A stretch of DNA of 64,000 bases from Acidobacteriota bacterium. GTDB taxonomy: Bacteria; Acidobacteriota; UBA6911. The notes below the pieces were generated by a model. The model ran no database searches and was not told the DNA's origin. It worked only from the letters and a program-made list of their open reading frames with translations. Of this stretch, positions 20,493-29,859 are shown in pieces. Positions within the stretch are counted from its first letter, which is position 1. Every line of letters starts with the position of its first letter. The stretch is from NCBI GenBank assembly GCA_035506515.1, contig DATJPG010000072.1:69563-133562 (forward strand), in the 5' to 3' direction. A program made the position numbers and the translations under genes.

Positions 20493-21581
20493 ATGAAAAC
20501 TCCAGTATGGTCGATGTGCCTATTTTTATTGGTGTGCGCCGTTGTGCCGGCTCAGGAGCCTGCGCCATCCTCTGGTCCCTTTCCGGCTGTTGCCGAATTT
20601 CCTCAATTCCAGAAGATACTCTCGGAACGGTCTTTCGATAAACCCGCTCGCCTGTCGGAAGTGGAAGACGGCCGCCTGATCGCAGATGTGGGATTTGAAA
20701 GATATGCGCAACGCGTTTATGCAGCCGGGGATTCCGGCGATATTTCCATCGCGATCATAACGCTCATGGACTTCCGGGCTGCGTATTCCCTTCTCACGCT
20801 GAGGCGCAGCACAAACATCCAGGAAGGCCCCCCGGGAGACGCATTCGCCGCGGCCTCCCGGGGCTTAATGTTTTTCCAGGGGAGGGATTGGGTTCGGGTG
20901 GACGGGCCCAAGGCTCCACTGGATCTGCTAAGGCAAGTGGCCATTTCCGTCAGCAATCGACTTGGCGCGCGCGGACAAAAACCTCCCTCACTGATCAGAC
21001 ACCTTCCGTCAGCCGGCTGTGATTCCGCGAGCGTAAAATACTTTCCCGGCCTAAAATCGTTCGAGACTTATTCAGGATCTCAGGCTTTCAAATCCCTGAA
21101 TCTCGATTCCGATGCCGAAATTGCTCAAGCACTCTATGCGGTGGATAACCAAATGGGGACGCTGACGCTGCTCAGCTTCCCTACCCCTGAGGTCGGGGAG
21201 GATTATTTCAATAATTTCACCTCTCGGGCACCTGAAGGAAAACAGAGGGAAAAGACGTATTTGAAGAGGGCGGGCCCGCTGGTTGCAGTTCTCAAAGGCC
21301 GGCTGGATCCGAAAACAGCCGACAGGATTCTCGGCTCCATCAGCCACAGTTACGCGATACGATGGATCTATGAAAAACCCAAAAGGAAAGGTGTTTCCTG
21401 GGGGATTCCGGTACGGATCCTTCAAACCGTTGTATCGTCCATTATCTTGGTAATTCTGCTTTTTATCGTTGCAATTATTGCCGGCGCCGGCTTCGCGGTA
21501 TTGCGATTTGTACGGCGACGCCGCTCGTCCAAAAAAGCGCCGGATTGGCTGGGACAGACAGATTCCACAAAGTTGAGGTAG
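20493..21581 (+). CDS. Hypothetical secreted protein with a C-terminal transmembrane anchor
   Basis: Signal peptide MKTPVWSMCLFLLVCAVVPAQE. The C-terminal TM segment IILVILLFIVAIIAGAGFAVL is followed by RRRRSSKK. The ATG immediately follows the amidase stop codon. Confidence 0.5.
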   Translation: MKTPVWSMCLFLLVCAVVPAQEPAPSSGPFPAVAEFPQFQKILSERSFDKPARLSEVEDGRLIADVGFERYAQRVYAAGDSGDISIAIITLMDFRAAYSLLTLRRSTNIQEGPPGDAFAAASRGLMFFQGRDWVRVDGPKAPLDLLRQVAISVSNRLGARGQKPPSLIRHLPSAGCDSASVKYFPGLKSFETYSGSQAFKSLNLDSDAEIAQALYAVDNQMGTLTLLSFPTPEVGEDYFNNFTSRAPEGKQREKTYLKRAGPLVAVLKGRLDPKTADRILGSISHSYAIRWIYEKPKRKGVSWGIPVRILQTVVSSIILVILLFIVAIIAGAGFAVLRFVRRRRSSKKAPDWLGQTDSTKLR

Positions 21582-21583
21582 CG

Positions 21584-22255
21584 ATGAAAGTTGACATGAT
21601 TCGCAGGGTGCCTCTTTTTTCCACTCTTTCCGACGCGGAGTTCGGTCTAATACAGCACATTTTTGTGATGCGCGCTTACCGCAAGGGCCAGATCATTTTC
21701 CTGGAAGAGGAGACCGGAAACTATATGTATCTGGTACTCTCGGGAAAGGTGAAAGTTTCCAAGGCGGGGACCGGTGGGAAAGAAACGATCCTGGCGATTC
21801 ACCGCACAGGCGATTTTTTTGGAGAGATGTCTCTGTTGGACGGCAAGACGTCGCCGGCGACGGTTTCTGCAATGGAGGATGCAAAAATAATTTCCGTGAG
21901 CGGCGCCGATTTCCATAAATACCTGATGCATAACGAAAAGGTGATGTTGCAGATCATCAACGTGCTGTGCGCGCGGTTGCGGCAAGTCTGGCAAACGCAG
22001 AGCTTGAGTTCGAGTACGGCGGACGCCCGCATTCGAATGGGGATTTATCAGCTTGCGAAAAAACACGGAATCCGCGATGCGCACGGAACGATCATCGATC
22101 TGAAGATCACGCACCAGGAACTGGCGGAAATGGTGGGAACTTCCAGGGAAACCGTAACGCGTACGCTTGCGCGTCTCCGTGAACAGGGCGTCCTCGAGAT
22201 CGAGCAACGGCGCATCACTCTGCTCGATGCCGACGCGCTTCTTGTCGAATCATAA
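21584..22255 (+). CDS. Crp/Fnr-family transcriptional regulator
   Basis: cNMP-binding beta-barrel (GDFFGEMSLLDG) and a C-terminal HTH (ITHQELAEMVGTSRETVTRTLARL). Confidence 0.85.
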   Translation: MKVDMIRRVPLFSTLSDAEFGLIQHIFVMRAYRKGQIIFLEEETGNYMYLVLSGKVKVSKAGTGGKETILAIHRTGDFFGEMSLLDGKTSPATVSAMEDAKIISVSGADFHKYLMHNEKVMLQIINVLCARLRQVWQTQSLSSSTADARIRMGIYQLAKKHGIRDAHGTIIDLKITHQELAEMVGTSRETVTRTLARLREQGVLEIEQRRITLLDADALLVES

Positions 22256-22289
22256 TCAGCTATCGCCGATTGCCGATTTCAGATTCTCG

Positions 22290-22346
22290 ATTCCAGATTC
22301 CAGATCAAAATCCTAAGCTCTTTATCGGGAATCTGGAATCTGGAAT
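22290..22346. promoter_or_regulatory. Perfect 16-bp stem hairpin (ATTCCAGATTCCAGAT / ATCTGGAATCTGGAAT, 25-nt loop) at the convergent 3' ends of the crp-like and pabBC genes
   Basis: The inverted repeat was read directly from the sequence. The right arm encodes the last six codons (QIPDSR) of pabBC. There is no U-tract on either strand. Confidence 0.5.
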
Positions 22347-24085
22347 TGGCGATCAAGTATCGCTTCCTGCCACTTGCGGACGGAGTTTATCAGCCAGATT
22401 TTCGAACAGCGTTGCAGATCGGTGACCTTCAGCCGGCGCTCCTCAATTTTGCCCTGTTCAAGCAACCACGCCCGGAAGGTGCCGGGCAGCAAGCCGCAAT
22501 CCACCGGAGGAGTGCACAGATCCCCGTCGATGGCCAGGACGACGTTGGCAACGCAGGATTCCGTCAACTCGTCTTTTTCGTTCCACAACAACACGTCATC
22601 GCACTCGGGGTGTCCTCGTCTCGCGTTTTCGTACAGCAATCGATGTGTTGTCTTGTGATACAAAAATATATCTGCGGACTGGACCGGCTCTGCCGCGAGG
22701 GCAACACGCAAAAATTTCCCCGCCTCTTTTTCGTTCAACGGGTCCGACTGGATTTCGATAGCGCCGTCCTGTGCCACGAGCAATCGAACTCGACGGGGTG
22801 CAGGGCCAAAAGCGGCAGACTCCTTCAGTAGCCGCTGCTGGATCAGCTCCGCATCCAACGGATAGCCGAAATACTCCGCGGAGTCGGCCAGACGTCGCAG
22901 ATGATATTCGAGCAGAAAATAGGATTCTTCCATGGTCCAGCGCAGCGTTTCCAGCAGAGCGAATTCGGGGCGCCGCTCCGTCAGGACCCGAGCCTTCAGG
23001 AGAGCTTCGGTGTATTCATCCCTGCTTTCGGAATCCCATACGATCCCGCCCCCCGCACCATATTCCACCTGCCCCGAAACAGGATCCGCGAGAGCGGTAC
23101 GTATCGCAACACTGAACTGGGCGGTACGACCGGGCGAAAGGAAACCGATACATCCAGTATAAATACGTCGCGGGCCCGGCTCGAGTTCGGCGATGATCTC
23201 CGAAGTCCGGACTTTTGGCGCACCGGTAATCGATGCGCAGGGGAAGAGCGCCGCCATGATGTCCGACAGAGACCCGCTGCACCGCGCGGTGACTGTCGAT
23301 GTCATCTGCCAAAGGGTCGGATGTCGCTCCACTTCAAACATGCGGGGCACGCGCACGCTTCCCACGTCTGCAACACGCCCAAGGTCATTTCGGATCATGT
23401 CCACGATCATCAGGTTTTCCGCACGGTTTTTTTCGGAATTTTGCAGCCACTCAGACAAAGTCTTATCTTCGTCCAGCGTGCGCCCGCGGTGCACTGTTCC
23501 CTTCATGGGTTTGCAGGTAAGGAGATTGCCTTCGAGCCTGAAGAACAGCTCCGGAGAGGAAGAGCAGATCGCATGCCGGCCGGTATCGACATATGCGGCA
23601 AATCCAGGGGATTGCGCGCGCACCATCGCAAGGAAAAGATGCCAGGGGTCTCCACGGAATGCGGCGTGCATCCGCAGCGTGTAATTCACCTGATAGGTGT
23701 CGCCTGCCTCGATATATTTTTTTACGCGCCTGATCGCGTTGTCATAACCAGCGCGGTTGAGGGATGCTTCCGTCGCCCCCAGCTCGTACGCGCCATAGTC
23801 CGGCGCCGGCAGGTCGATTACTTCCGCCTTTGTGTATAGGCCGAACCAGAGCAGTGGAAAGTTTTCGACGGAATGCGTTTTGAGCGCAGCATCAAAGGCG
23901 CTTCCGGCCTCGTAGCTGAGAAACCCTGCGGCATGCAACCCCTCTTCGCGCACCAGCGATTCAACTTCTTTCAGTGCGGGCAACACGTCTTGCATCGCGC
24001 AGACGCTAATAATCCGGGAGGGCGCTTCGAACCGAAGCCACTGCCTTCCCGCGGCATCGTGCAGAACCACAAGACCTTTGGCCAT
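22322..24085 (-). CDS. pabB: Bifunctional aminodeoxychorismate synthase component I / aminodeoxychorismate lyase (PabB-PabC fusion)
   Basis: Chorismate-binding domain (MIVDMIRNDLGRV, PKVRTSEIIAELE) followed by a class-IV aminotransferase-like C-terminal domain (DVLLWNEKDELTESCVANVVLAIDGDLCTPP...). The start moved to the ATG at 24085 (MAKGLVVLHDAAG); the track start at 24295 would overlap ftsY. Confidence 0.78.
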   Translation of the reverse strand: MAKGLVVLHDAAGRQWLRFEAPSRIISVCAMQDVLPALKEVESLVREEGLHAAGFLSYEAGSAFDAALKTHSVENFPLLWFGLYTKAEVIDLPAPDYGAYELGATEASLNRAGYDNAIRRVKKYIEAGDTYQVNYTLRMHAAFRGDPWHLFLAMVRAQSPGFAAYVDTGRHAICSSSPELFFRLEGNLLTCKPMKGTVHRGRTLDEDKTLSEWLQNSEKNRAENLMIVDMIRNDLGRVADVGSVRVPRMFEVERHPTLWQMTSTVTARCSGSLSDIMAALFPCASITGAPKVRTSEIIAELEPGPRRIYTGCIGFLSPGRTAQFSVAIRTALADPVSGQVEYGAGGGIVWDSESRDEYTEALLKARVLTERRPEFALLETLRWTMEESYFLLEYHLRRLADSAEYFGYPLDAELIQQRLLKESAAFGPAPRRVRLLVAQDGAIEIQSDPLNEKEAGKFLRVALAAEPVQSADIFLYHKTTHRLLYENARRGHPECDDVLLWNEKDELTESCVANVVLAIDGDLCTPPVDCGLLPGTFRAWLLEQGKIEERRLKVTDLQRCSKIWLINSVRKWQEAILDRQFQIPDSR

Positions 24086-24096
24086 AGATGATTCGA

Positions 24097-24128
24097 GATT
24101 CGAGATTCCAAATTTCGAATCTCGAATC
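24097..24128. promoter_or_regulatory. Hairpin (11-bp stem GATTCGAGATT / AATCTCGAATC, 10-nt loop) embedded in a tandem GATTCGA heptad run, between the ftsY stop and the pabBC start codon
   Basis: The inverted repeat was read directly from the sequence. It lies 12 nt from the pabBC ATG on the transcribed strand with no obvious SD. On the plus strand the motif is followed by ATTTTA. Confidence 0.5.
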
Positions 24129-24134
24129 GACATT

Positions 24135-25157
24135 TTACCGAGTGATCTGATTCCGTTCGCTGAACAGTGAATCCACGAAGACCTCCGGAGAGAAATCCAC
24201 GAGATCTTCCAGCGATTCGCCAATCCCGATAAACTGGACCGGAATGCCGAGTTCCTGGGAAATGCTGAACAGGATGCCCCCCTTGGCCGTTCCATCGAGT
24301 TTTGTAACGATCAATCCGGTGATCCCCAGGAGCTTCATAAACTCCCGCGCCTGGGCCAGTCCGTTTTGTCCGGTTGTGGCATCGACCACCAGCAGCACTT
24401 CATGGGGTGCACCGGGGACTTTGCGTGCGGCCACACGACGCATCTTTTCCAGTTCCTGCATCAGGTTGCTTTTCGTGTGCAGCCGCCCTGCGGTATCCAC
24501 GATCATCACATCGGTGCTGCGTGCCTGCGCCGCCGACAGGGCGTCATGCAACACGGAGGCAGGATCCGCGCCGCTTTTGCTTTTGATTAAGTCTGCGCCC
24601 GAGCGTTCGGCCCAGACGGCCAGTTGCTCGATAGCCGCCGGGCGGAACGTGTCCGCCGCACAGACCAGAACTTTCTTTCCCTCGGCCGATAGGCGCGCAG
24701 CGAGCTTTCCGATGGTCGTCGTTTTGCCTGTGCCGTTGACTCCCACAACCATCCACACCTGCAGGTTTCCCTCCGGATCCCGTTCCTCCGTTGCCTGACG
24801 CGGACTGAGAATGGCGAGAAGCTGATTGCGGATTTCCGTCTTCGCATCATCCGGTGTCTTGATGAGATCCCTTTTGTGCTGCTGACGAATCGCATTCATA
24901 ATGCGTTCCGTGACGCCGACACCCAGGTCCGCCCCAAGCAGCGTGCCTTCGAGCTCATCCAGCGCTTCCTCGTCGATCGATGTCCGCGACGTAAGAACTG
25001 CCTCAATCTTGCCCACCAGGTTTTCTTTGGTTGCAACGAGGGCCTTTTTCATCCTCTCAAAAAGCCCGACTTTTTTTTCGGGTGTGTCCTTGGAGGACCT
25101 TCCAAACAGCATGCCGTCTCCTTTCGGGAATAGACTCGAAGACCCTGGGATCTTCAT
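24135..25157 (-). CDS. ftsY: Signal-recognition-particle receptor FtsY
   Basis: NG domain with GVNGTGKTT, DTAGR and TKLDGTAKGG motifs. The start may be the internal MLFGR at 25112. Confidence 0.9.
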   Translation of the reverse strand: MKIPGSSSLFPKGDGMLFGRSSKDTPEKKVGLFERMKKALVATKENLVGKIEAVLTSRTSIDEEALDELEGTLLGADLGVGVTERIMNAIRQQHKRDLIKTPDDAKTEIRNQLLAILSPRQATEERDPEGNLQVWMVVGVNGTGKTTTIGKLAARLSAEGKKVLVCAADTFRPAAIEQLAVWAERSGADLIKSKSGADPASVLHDALSAAQARSTDVMIVDTAGRLHTKSNLMQELEKMRRVAARKVPGAPHEVLLVVDATTGQNGLAQAREFMKLLGITGLIVTKLDGTAKGGILFSISQELGIPVQFIGIGESLEDLVDFSPEVFVDSLFSERNQITR

Positions 25158-25202
25158 CGGACTCAGACGCGAAGCGCGAAACAGGCGATGTCGCGCAGAA
25201 GC

Positions 25203-26183
25203 TCAATTCCTGGAGACGCTTACATCTTCCGCAAGCAGCGTCTCCACATTTCCGTCAGCATTGCGAACCATCAGCGCGCCCAAAGAGCTCAATCCGCACG
25301 TAACGGCTTCGCGGCGCCCCTCTCCCTTGCCGATGAAAACGTGCGTCCCGGTCCACATCGAAGATCTGCGTTTCCACTGTTCCAGCACGTCCGCATGCCT
25401 TCCCTGTTCAAACATAAGATAGCAGATCTGAAAATGCCTTAAGTATTGAACCAGCAATTTTCGCCGCGGGACGCGCGTGTGCGCCATCGCGTCCACGCAC
25501 GTGGCGTTCCCTGTCAAATCGATCGGAACGCTCCCTTCATGGACATTAACACCGAATCCAATCAGGGCGGCGGCACTCCGTGCGTCATCCCATAAAGCTT
25601 CGAGCAGAATGCCTGCGCATTTTTTGTTTGAAAGCAACACATCGTTCGGCCACTTGATGTCGGCGTCCAGCGGAGAGGAAAAAACATGCTGATCCCAAAG
25701 CCCCCTCAGGGCTTCGACCAGGGCTATCGAGGCAACGTGTGTCAGAAGGGGCCAGAACCTTTGCGGCTGTTTTGGGCGCACAATCAGCGTGCAGTACAAA
25801 CCTGCCCCGGCCGGAGAATGCCAGGTCCGGTCCTGACGGCCCTTGCCTCCGGTTTGTTCCTCCGCAAATACGAGCGTACCGCCCGGCGCTCCCCGTTCCG
25901 CCAGTAGGCGCGCTTGCGTATTGGTTGATTGAAGACTCAAAAAACCTTCCGCGCGGAGAGTGTCCCAGGCAATAGGCGGCGTCTCTTTTTGGATCCATTG
26001 CGATATGAGCTGTTCGTCGTCAAAACGCAAACGGAAGCGATCGCCGGCCGTTTCGATGTCGAAGCCCCAGCGCCGGCACAGGTCGATTTCTTCACGGAAC
26101 CCGGGATCGGGGCGCATGGGCAGTCCTTCATCCCCAACACGTCCCAACTCGATCAGGGCCGCCGGGTGCGTCAGTTCAGACAT
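25203..26183 (-). CDS. birA: Biotin--[acetyl-CoA-carboxylase] ligase (group I BirA, no HTH)
   Basis: GGKGRQDRTWHSPAGAGLYCTLIV biotin-binding signature. The KWPNDVLL motif. Confidence 0.8.
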   Translation of the reverse strand: MSELTHPAALIELGRVGDEGLPMRPDPGFREEIDLCRRWGFDIETAGDRFRLRFDDEQLISQWIQKETPPIAWDTLRAEGFLSLQSTNTQARLLAERGAPGGTLVFAEEQTGGKGRQDRTWHSPAGAGLYCTLIVRPKQPQRFWPLLTHVASIALVEALRGLWDQHVFSSPLDADIKWPNDVLLSNKKCAGILLEALWDDARSAAALIGFGVNVHEGSVPIDLTGNATCVDAMAHTRVPRRKLLVQYLRHFQICYLMFEQGRHADVLEQWKRRSSMWTGTHVFIGKGEGRREAVTCGLSSLGALMVRNADGNVETLLAEDVSVSRN

Positions 26184-26184
26184 G

Positions 26185-28857
26185 CTATTCTACTGGCAGG
26201 TGGTTAAGGTTTGACTCAATCTTGCGCAACTTCTCACACAGCTCGGCATGCCGCGCCCTGTTTTCCGCAACAATTTCTTCGGGAGCTCGCGAAATGAATT
26301 CCGGGCTGTTCAGCTTCTTCGACACCTTGTCAGCTTCGTCCTTTGTGCGCGCAATCTCTTTCTGCAGTCGCTCGCGTTCGTTTTGGACATTCAGGGCATC
26401 GTGAACATCCAGTCCGAACTCCCCCAGTTTTGACACGCCTCTCAAATACCTGCCGGAGAGTGTTTCGGGAAGCAGGATATTGTTCAATCGCGCGAGCGAC
26501 TGAATCTTGGCTATGTTTTCCGAAACCAGGATCCGGTCTTCCTCCTCGCGAATCACAATCGCGGCGTCCAATGCGTGCTTAGGGCTGACATTCATCTCGG
26601 CTCGCAACGCGCGCATGGAGCCGATCAATTCCATCAAACTCTGCATCTTCCGGGCGGCTTCCGGATTCTCCAGCACCTCCCGTGGTGCGGGAAATTCCTG
26701 CACCATGATGGACTCGCCTTCGTGCGGCAGTTTTTGCCAGATTTCTTCGGTAATAAACGGCATGAACGGGTGAAGCATGCGGAGCGCGCTGTCCATTACA
26801 TGCACCAGCACCCGGATCCGACTTTCCCTCCCCTCGTCGGCAATCGATGCGCTCGTTAAAACCGGTTTCACCAGCTCGATATACCAGTCACACAATTCAT
26901 GCCAAATGAACTGATAAATCAGCGCGGAGGCCTCATGGAAGCGGAATTTATCCAGCGCCTCGGATATTTCCGCCGAAACGGCATTCATCCTGTGAAGAAT
27001 CCACAGATCTTCCAGGGGCACGGCCGATTTGCCGTTCCGGACCAGCGCATCCACGCTCTCCCGATTGACACAGGCGTCTTCATCTCTGAGGTTCATCAAC
27101 ACAAAACGGGCCGCATTCCACACTTTGTTTGCAAATGCGCTGTACCCTTCCATACGATCTGAGGAAAAAGGAATATCGGTTCCGGGGACCGCCATCGAGG
27201 ACAGCGTGAATCGCACGGCATCCGCCCCGTACTGATCGATCAGCTGCAGCGGCTCGATGATGTTACCCTTGGTTTTGCTCATTTTTTTGCGGTTGGCGTC
27301 CCTCACGATTCCGTTGATGTGCACTTGACTGAAGGGGATGTCCCCGGCAAATTTGAGCCCCATCATGATCATTCGGGCGACCCAGAAAAAGATGATGTCC
27401 GGCCCCGTGATCAGAACGTTCGTCGGGTAAAAAACGCGAAGATCTTTTGTCTCTTCGGGCCAGCCGAGAGTAGAAAACGGCCAGAGCGCCGAACTGAACC
27501 ACGTGTCCAGGATATCGCTTTCCTCGCGCAGCGCACCGTGGCATTTAGGGCACTCGGATGGCGTCGTGCGGGCGACTACGATTTCTCCGCAGGCGTCGCA
27601 ATACCAGGCTGGGATTCGGTGTCCCCACCAGAGTTGTCGAGAGATGCACCAGTCGTGGATGTTGTACATCCATTCGAAATATCGCTTTTTGAAATTGTCG
27701 GGCACGAATTGAATCCGGCCGTTTTCAACCGCTTCAATCGCCGGTTTTGCCAGCGTTTCGACTTTCAGATACCACTGCAGGGATATTTTCGGCTCCACGA
27801 TCGTCGAACACCGGTCGCACTGTCCGACGCTGTGCTCATAGTCTTCGATCTTCAGCATATAGCCCTCATCCGAGAGCTGCTCGACCAGTTTACGACGGCA
27901 TGCAAACCGATCCATGCCCTTATAGCGCCCCGCCGCTTCCGTCATGATCCCGGCATCGTCGATTACCGTCACCTTCTGCAGGCCATGCCGGATGCCCGCT
28001 TCATAGTCGTTCGGATCGTGCGCCGGCGTGACTTTCACGGCTCCGGTTCCGAATTCACGGTCGACGAAAGCGTCGGCGATAATCGGTATTTCCCTGTTCA
28101 TCACCGGCAGCAAAACTTTTTTCCCGACTAAATGCCTGTATCTCTCATCTTCCGGATGGACGGCCACTGCGGTGTCGCCAAGCATGGTCTCCGGACGCGT
28201 CGTGGCGACCGTTACAAATTCGTTGGTGCCGACAACCGGGTATTTGATGTGCCAGAGCTTCCCGGCGGACGGCTGGTATACGACTTCGAGATCCGAAATT
28301 GCCGTTTTGCAGCGCGGGCACCAGTTCACGATATATTCGCCGCGGTAAATAAGCCCTTCTTCATATAATCGGACGAATACTTCCACCACAGCCCGCGACA
28401 GTTGTTCATCCATCGTAAAGCGTTCCCTGCTCCAATCGCAGGAGACACCCATGCGCCGCATCTGATTGAGGATCGTTCCACCGCTGGTTTTTTTCCACTC
28501 CCAGGCGAGCTTCATGAATTTTTCCCGCCCCAGGTCGAAGCGGCTCTTCTTCTCTTTCTCCATCTGCTTGTCCAGGACGTAGTGGACGGCGATGCTGGCA
28601 TGATCCGTGCCCGGCAGCCACAGCGTATTAAATCCGCTCATTCTCTTCCAGCGCACCAGGATGTCGTGCAGCGTATGCTGCAGCGCATGACCCATGTGCA
28701 GAGAGCCGGTCACGTTCGGCGGAGGGATTACGATAGAAAAGCGGGGCTTTGTGGAATCGGCATCGGCCTGGAAATATTTTTCTCTTTCCCAATAGCTATA
28801 CCATTTTTGTTCGAATTCGTTCGGCTCGTAAGCCTTTGCCAGCAATTCACGGGGCAT
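26185..28857 (-). CDS. valS: Valine--tRNA ligase
   Basis: Class-I HIGH variant ([11 protein letters not shown]) and KMSKTKGN. Editing domain. C-terminal coiled coil. An AAGAGGA RBS sits 7 nt before the ATG at 28857 ([20 protein letters not shown]). Confidence 0.95.
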   Translation of the reverse strand: MPRELLAKAYEPNEFEQKWYSYWEREKYFQADADSTKPRFSIVIPPPNVTGSLHMGHALQHTLHDILVRWKRMSGFNTLWLPGTDHASIAVHYVLDKQMEKEKKSRFDLGREKFMKLAWEWKKTSGGTILNQMRRMGVSCDWSRERFTMDEQLSRAVVEVFVRLYEEGLIYRGEYIVNWCPRCKTAISDLEVVYQPSAGKLWHIKYPVVGTNEFVTVATTRPETMLGDTAVAVHPEDERYRHLVGKKVLLPVMNREIPIIADAFVDREFGTGAVKVTPAHDPNDYEAGIRHGLQKVTVIDDAGIMTEAAGRYKGMDRFACRRKLVEQLSDEGYMLKIEDYEHSVGQCDRCSTIVEPKISLQWYLKVETLAKPAIEAVENGRIQFVPDNFKKRYFEWMYNIHDWCISRQLWWGHRIPAWYCDACGEIVVARTTPSECPKCHGALREESDILDTWFSSALWPFSTLGWPEETKDLRVFYPTNVLITGPDIIFFWVARMIMMGLKFAGDIPFSQVHINGIVRDANRKKMSKTKGNIIEPLQLIDQYGADAVRFTLSSMAVPGTDIPFSSDRMEGYSAFANKVWNAARFVLMNLRDEDACVNRESVDALVRNGKSAVPLEDLWILHRMNAVSAEISEALDKFRFHEASALIYQFIWHELCDWYIELVKPVLTSASIADEGRESRIRVLVHVMDSALRMLHPFMPFITEEIWQKLPHEGESIMVQEFPAPREVLENPEAARKMQSLMELIGSMRALRAEMNVSPKHALDAAIVIREEEDRILVSENIAKIQSLARLNNILLPETLSGRYLRGVSKLGEFGLDVHDALNVQNERERLQKEIARTKDEADKVSKKLNSPEFISRAPEEIVAENRARHAELCEKLRKIESNLNHLPVE

Positions 28858-29064
28858 TTCCTGTCCTCTTTTCAGTGATGAGTCGTGCCGCAAGAATGAA
28901 ATGTGGAATTTTATTAGAATCGAAAGGCTTAGTCTAGCCTTCACTGGCCCTTTGTTTCCCTGGGGCGCTTTCCACCATGCAGTATTTGGCGAGGCTTCGG
29001 CTCTTTCAGGAATGGCAGGGGTATAATTTCATAGTGGATTTGACGGTGGCTTAGGGCGCGAGCG

Positions 29065-29859
29065 TCAGGCTTTGTCCTGTTCCTCGATGGTGCGTCGGAT
29101 GATGCTCTCGGAAAGCTCCGGAACGACTTCCCATGCCACCTCGCGGATCGCCTCGGCCGACATGCGCCGCATCACAGAATCCACGATGCGGTTCAGCGTA
29201 TTCTCCGAAAATACAACATCTAATGCGGCAGCCGGTCCTGCCAAGGCCGCAGCGCCGGCGGTCCGCAGATCGTTTCTCTGCACACTTGCGGCCATACAGG
29301 CTTGGGCGATGCTCAGCTGGTCGTTGTCAAATACATCCAGAATCCGGTCCGAACCCAGGAACGAAGCCCGAACATCGGAGCTGATCCGACTGTGCAATCG
29401 GAAAGAGTCGGATTCCCGATCTCCGCCGGTGGCGCGTCGATCAGCGATTCGATCACTCTCCGTTTCGCTTTCGGCTTTCCGTTGCAGCTGCCGCTTTTGG
29501 GCAAGAGTGTGAACGGTCTCCAGGAGGTCTGAGGTATTGAAAGGTTTTGTCAGAAAACCGTCGCACTTTGCTCTGGAGGCTTCCAGCTCATCGTACGGCT
29601 CAAGAGCGCCCGCCAGCAGCACGACGGCCGTGTCCGACAGCTCCGGGTCATCCTTGATGTGGGCGCAGATGTCATATCCACTGTATCCCGGCATGAACAC
29701 GTCGGCAAGAATCACATCGGGTCTGAAATCCCGCACAATATCCAGCGCAATTTCGCCATCCGAAACGGATTCCACGATCGCATCTTCGTCGCTGAAAGCC
29801 AGGCCCACCACCCTTTGCGTATTACTGCTGTCGTCAATTACCAGGAGTTTTAGACTCAT
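29065..29859 (-). CDS. Response regulator (CheY-like receiver) with an uncharacterised ~140-aa C-terminal domain
   Basis: REC domain with LLVIDDS, phospho-acceptor D in ILADVFMPGYSG, and KPF. The C-terminal region has no recognisable output motif. The start overlaps the bamD-like 3' end by 26 bp. Confidence 0.75.
   Translation of the reverse strand: MSLKLLVIDDSSNTQRVVGLAFSDEDAIVESVSDGEIALDIVRDFRPDVILADVFMPGYSGYDICAHIKDDPELSDTAVVLLAGALEPYDELEASRAKCDGFLTKPFNTSDLLETVHTLAQKRQLQRKAESETESDRIADRRATGGDRESDSFRLHSRISSDVRASFLGSDRILDVFDNDQLSIAQACMAASVQRNDLRTAGAAALAGPAAALDVVFSENTLNRIVDSVMRRMSAEAIREVAWEVVPELSESIIRRTIEEQDKA

Noticed and set aside
22260-24140. Possibility that the tandem heptad/hexamer repeats are CRISPR arrays
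   Set aside because: The units are 6-7 nt with no spacers of 25-40 nt, only two or three units each, and no cas genes. They are palindromic hairpins, not repeat-spacer arrays.
22346-24295. Long N-terminal extension of the pabBC ORF up to 24295 (MERPRGASCSAFPRNS...)
   Set aside because: It would overlap ftsY by 160 bp and translate the GATTCGA hairpin. The ATG at 24085 (MAKGLVVL) restores a normal PabB N-terminus.
26222-28937. Numerous 60-270-aa plus-strand ORFs inside valS, and similar antisense ORFs inside alaS, dnaK, the kinases and others
   Set aside because: They have R/S/P/A-rich low-complexity translations typical of antisense frames of high-GC genes, no RBS and no domain signatures. 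The opposite strands carry full-length, motif-complete housekeeping genes.
28945-29064. Plus-strand TATAAT-like box (ggggTATAATttc) between valS and the response regulator
   Set aside because: There is no acceptable -35 at proper spacing, and it would drive antisense transcription into the RR gene. It is probably a chance match.
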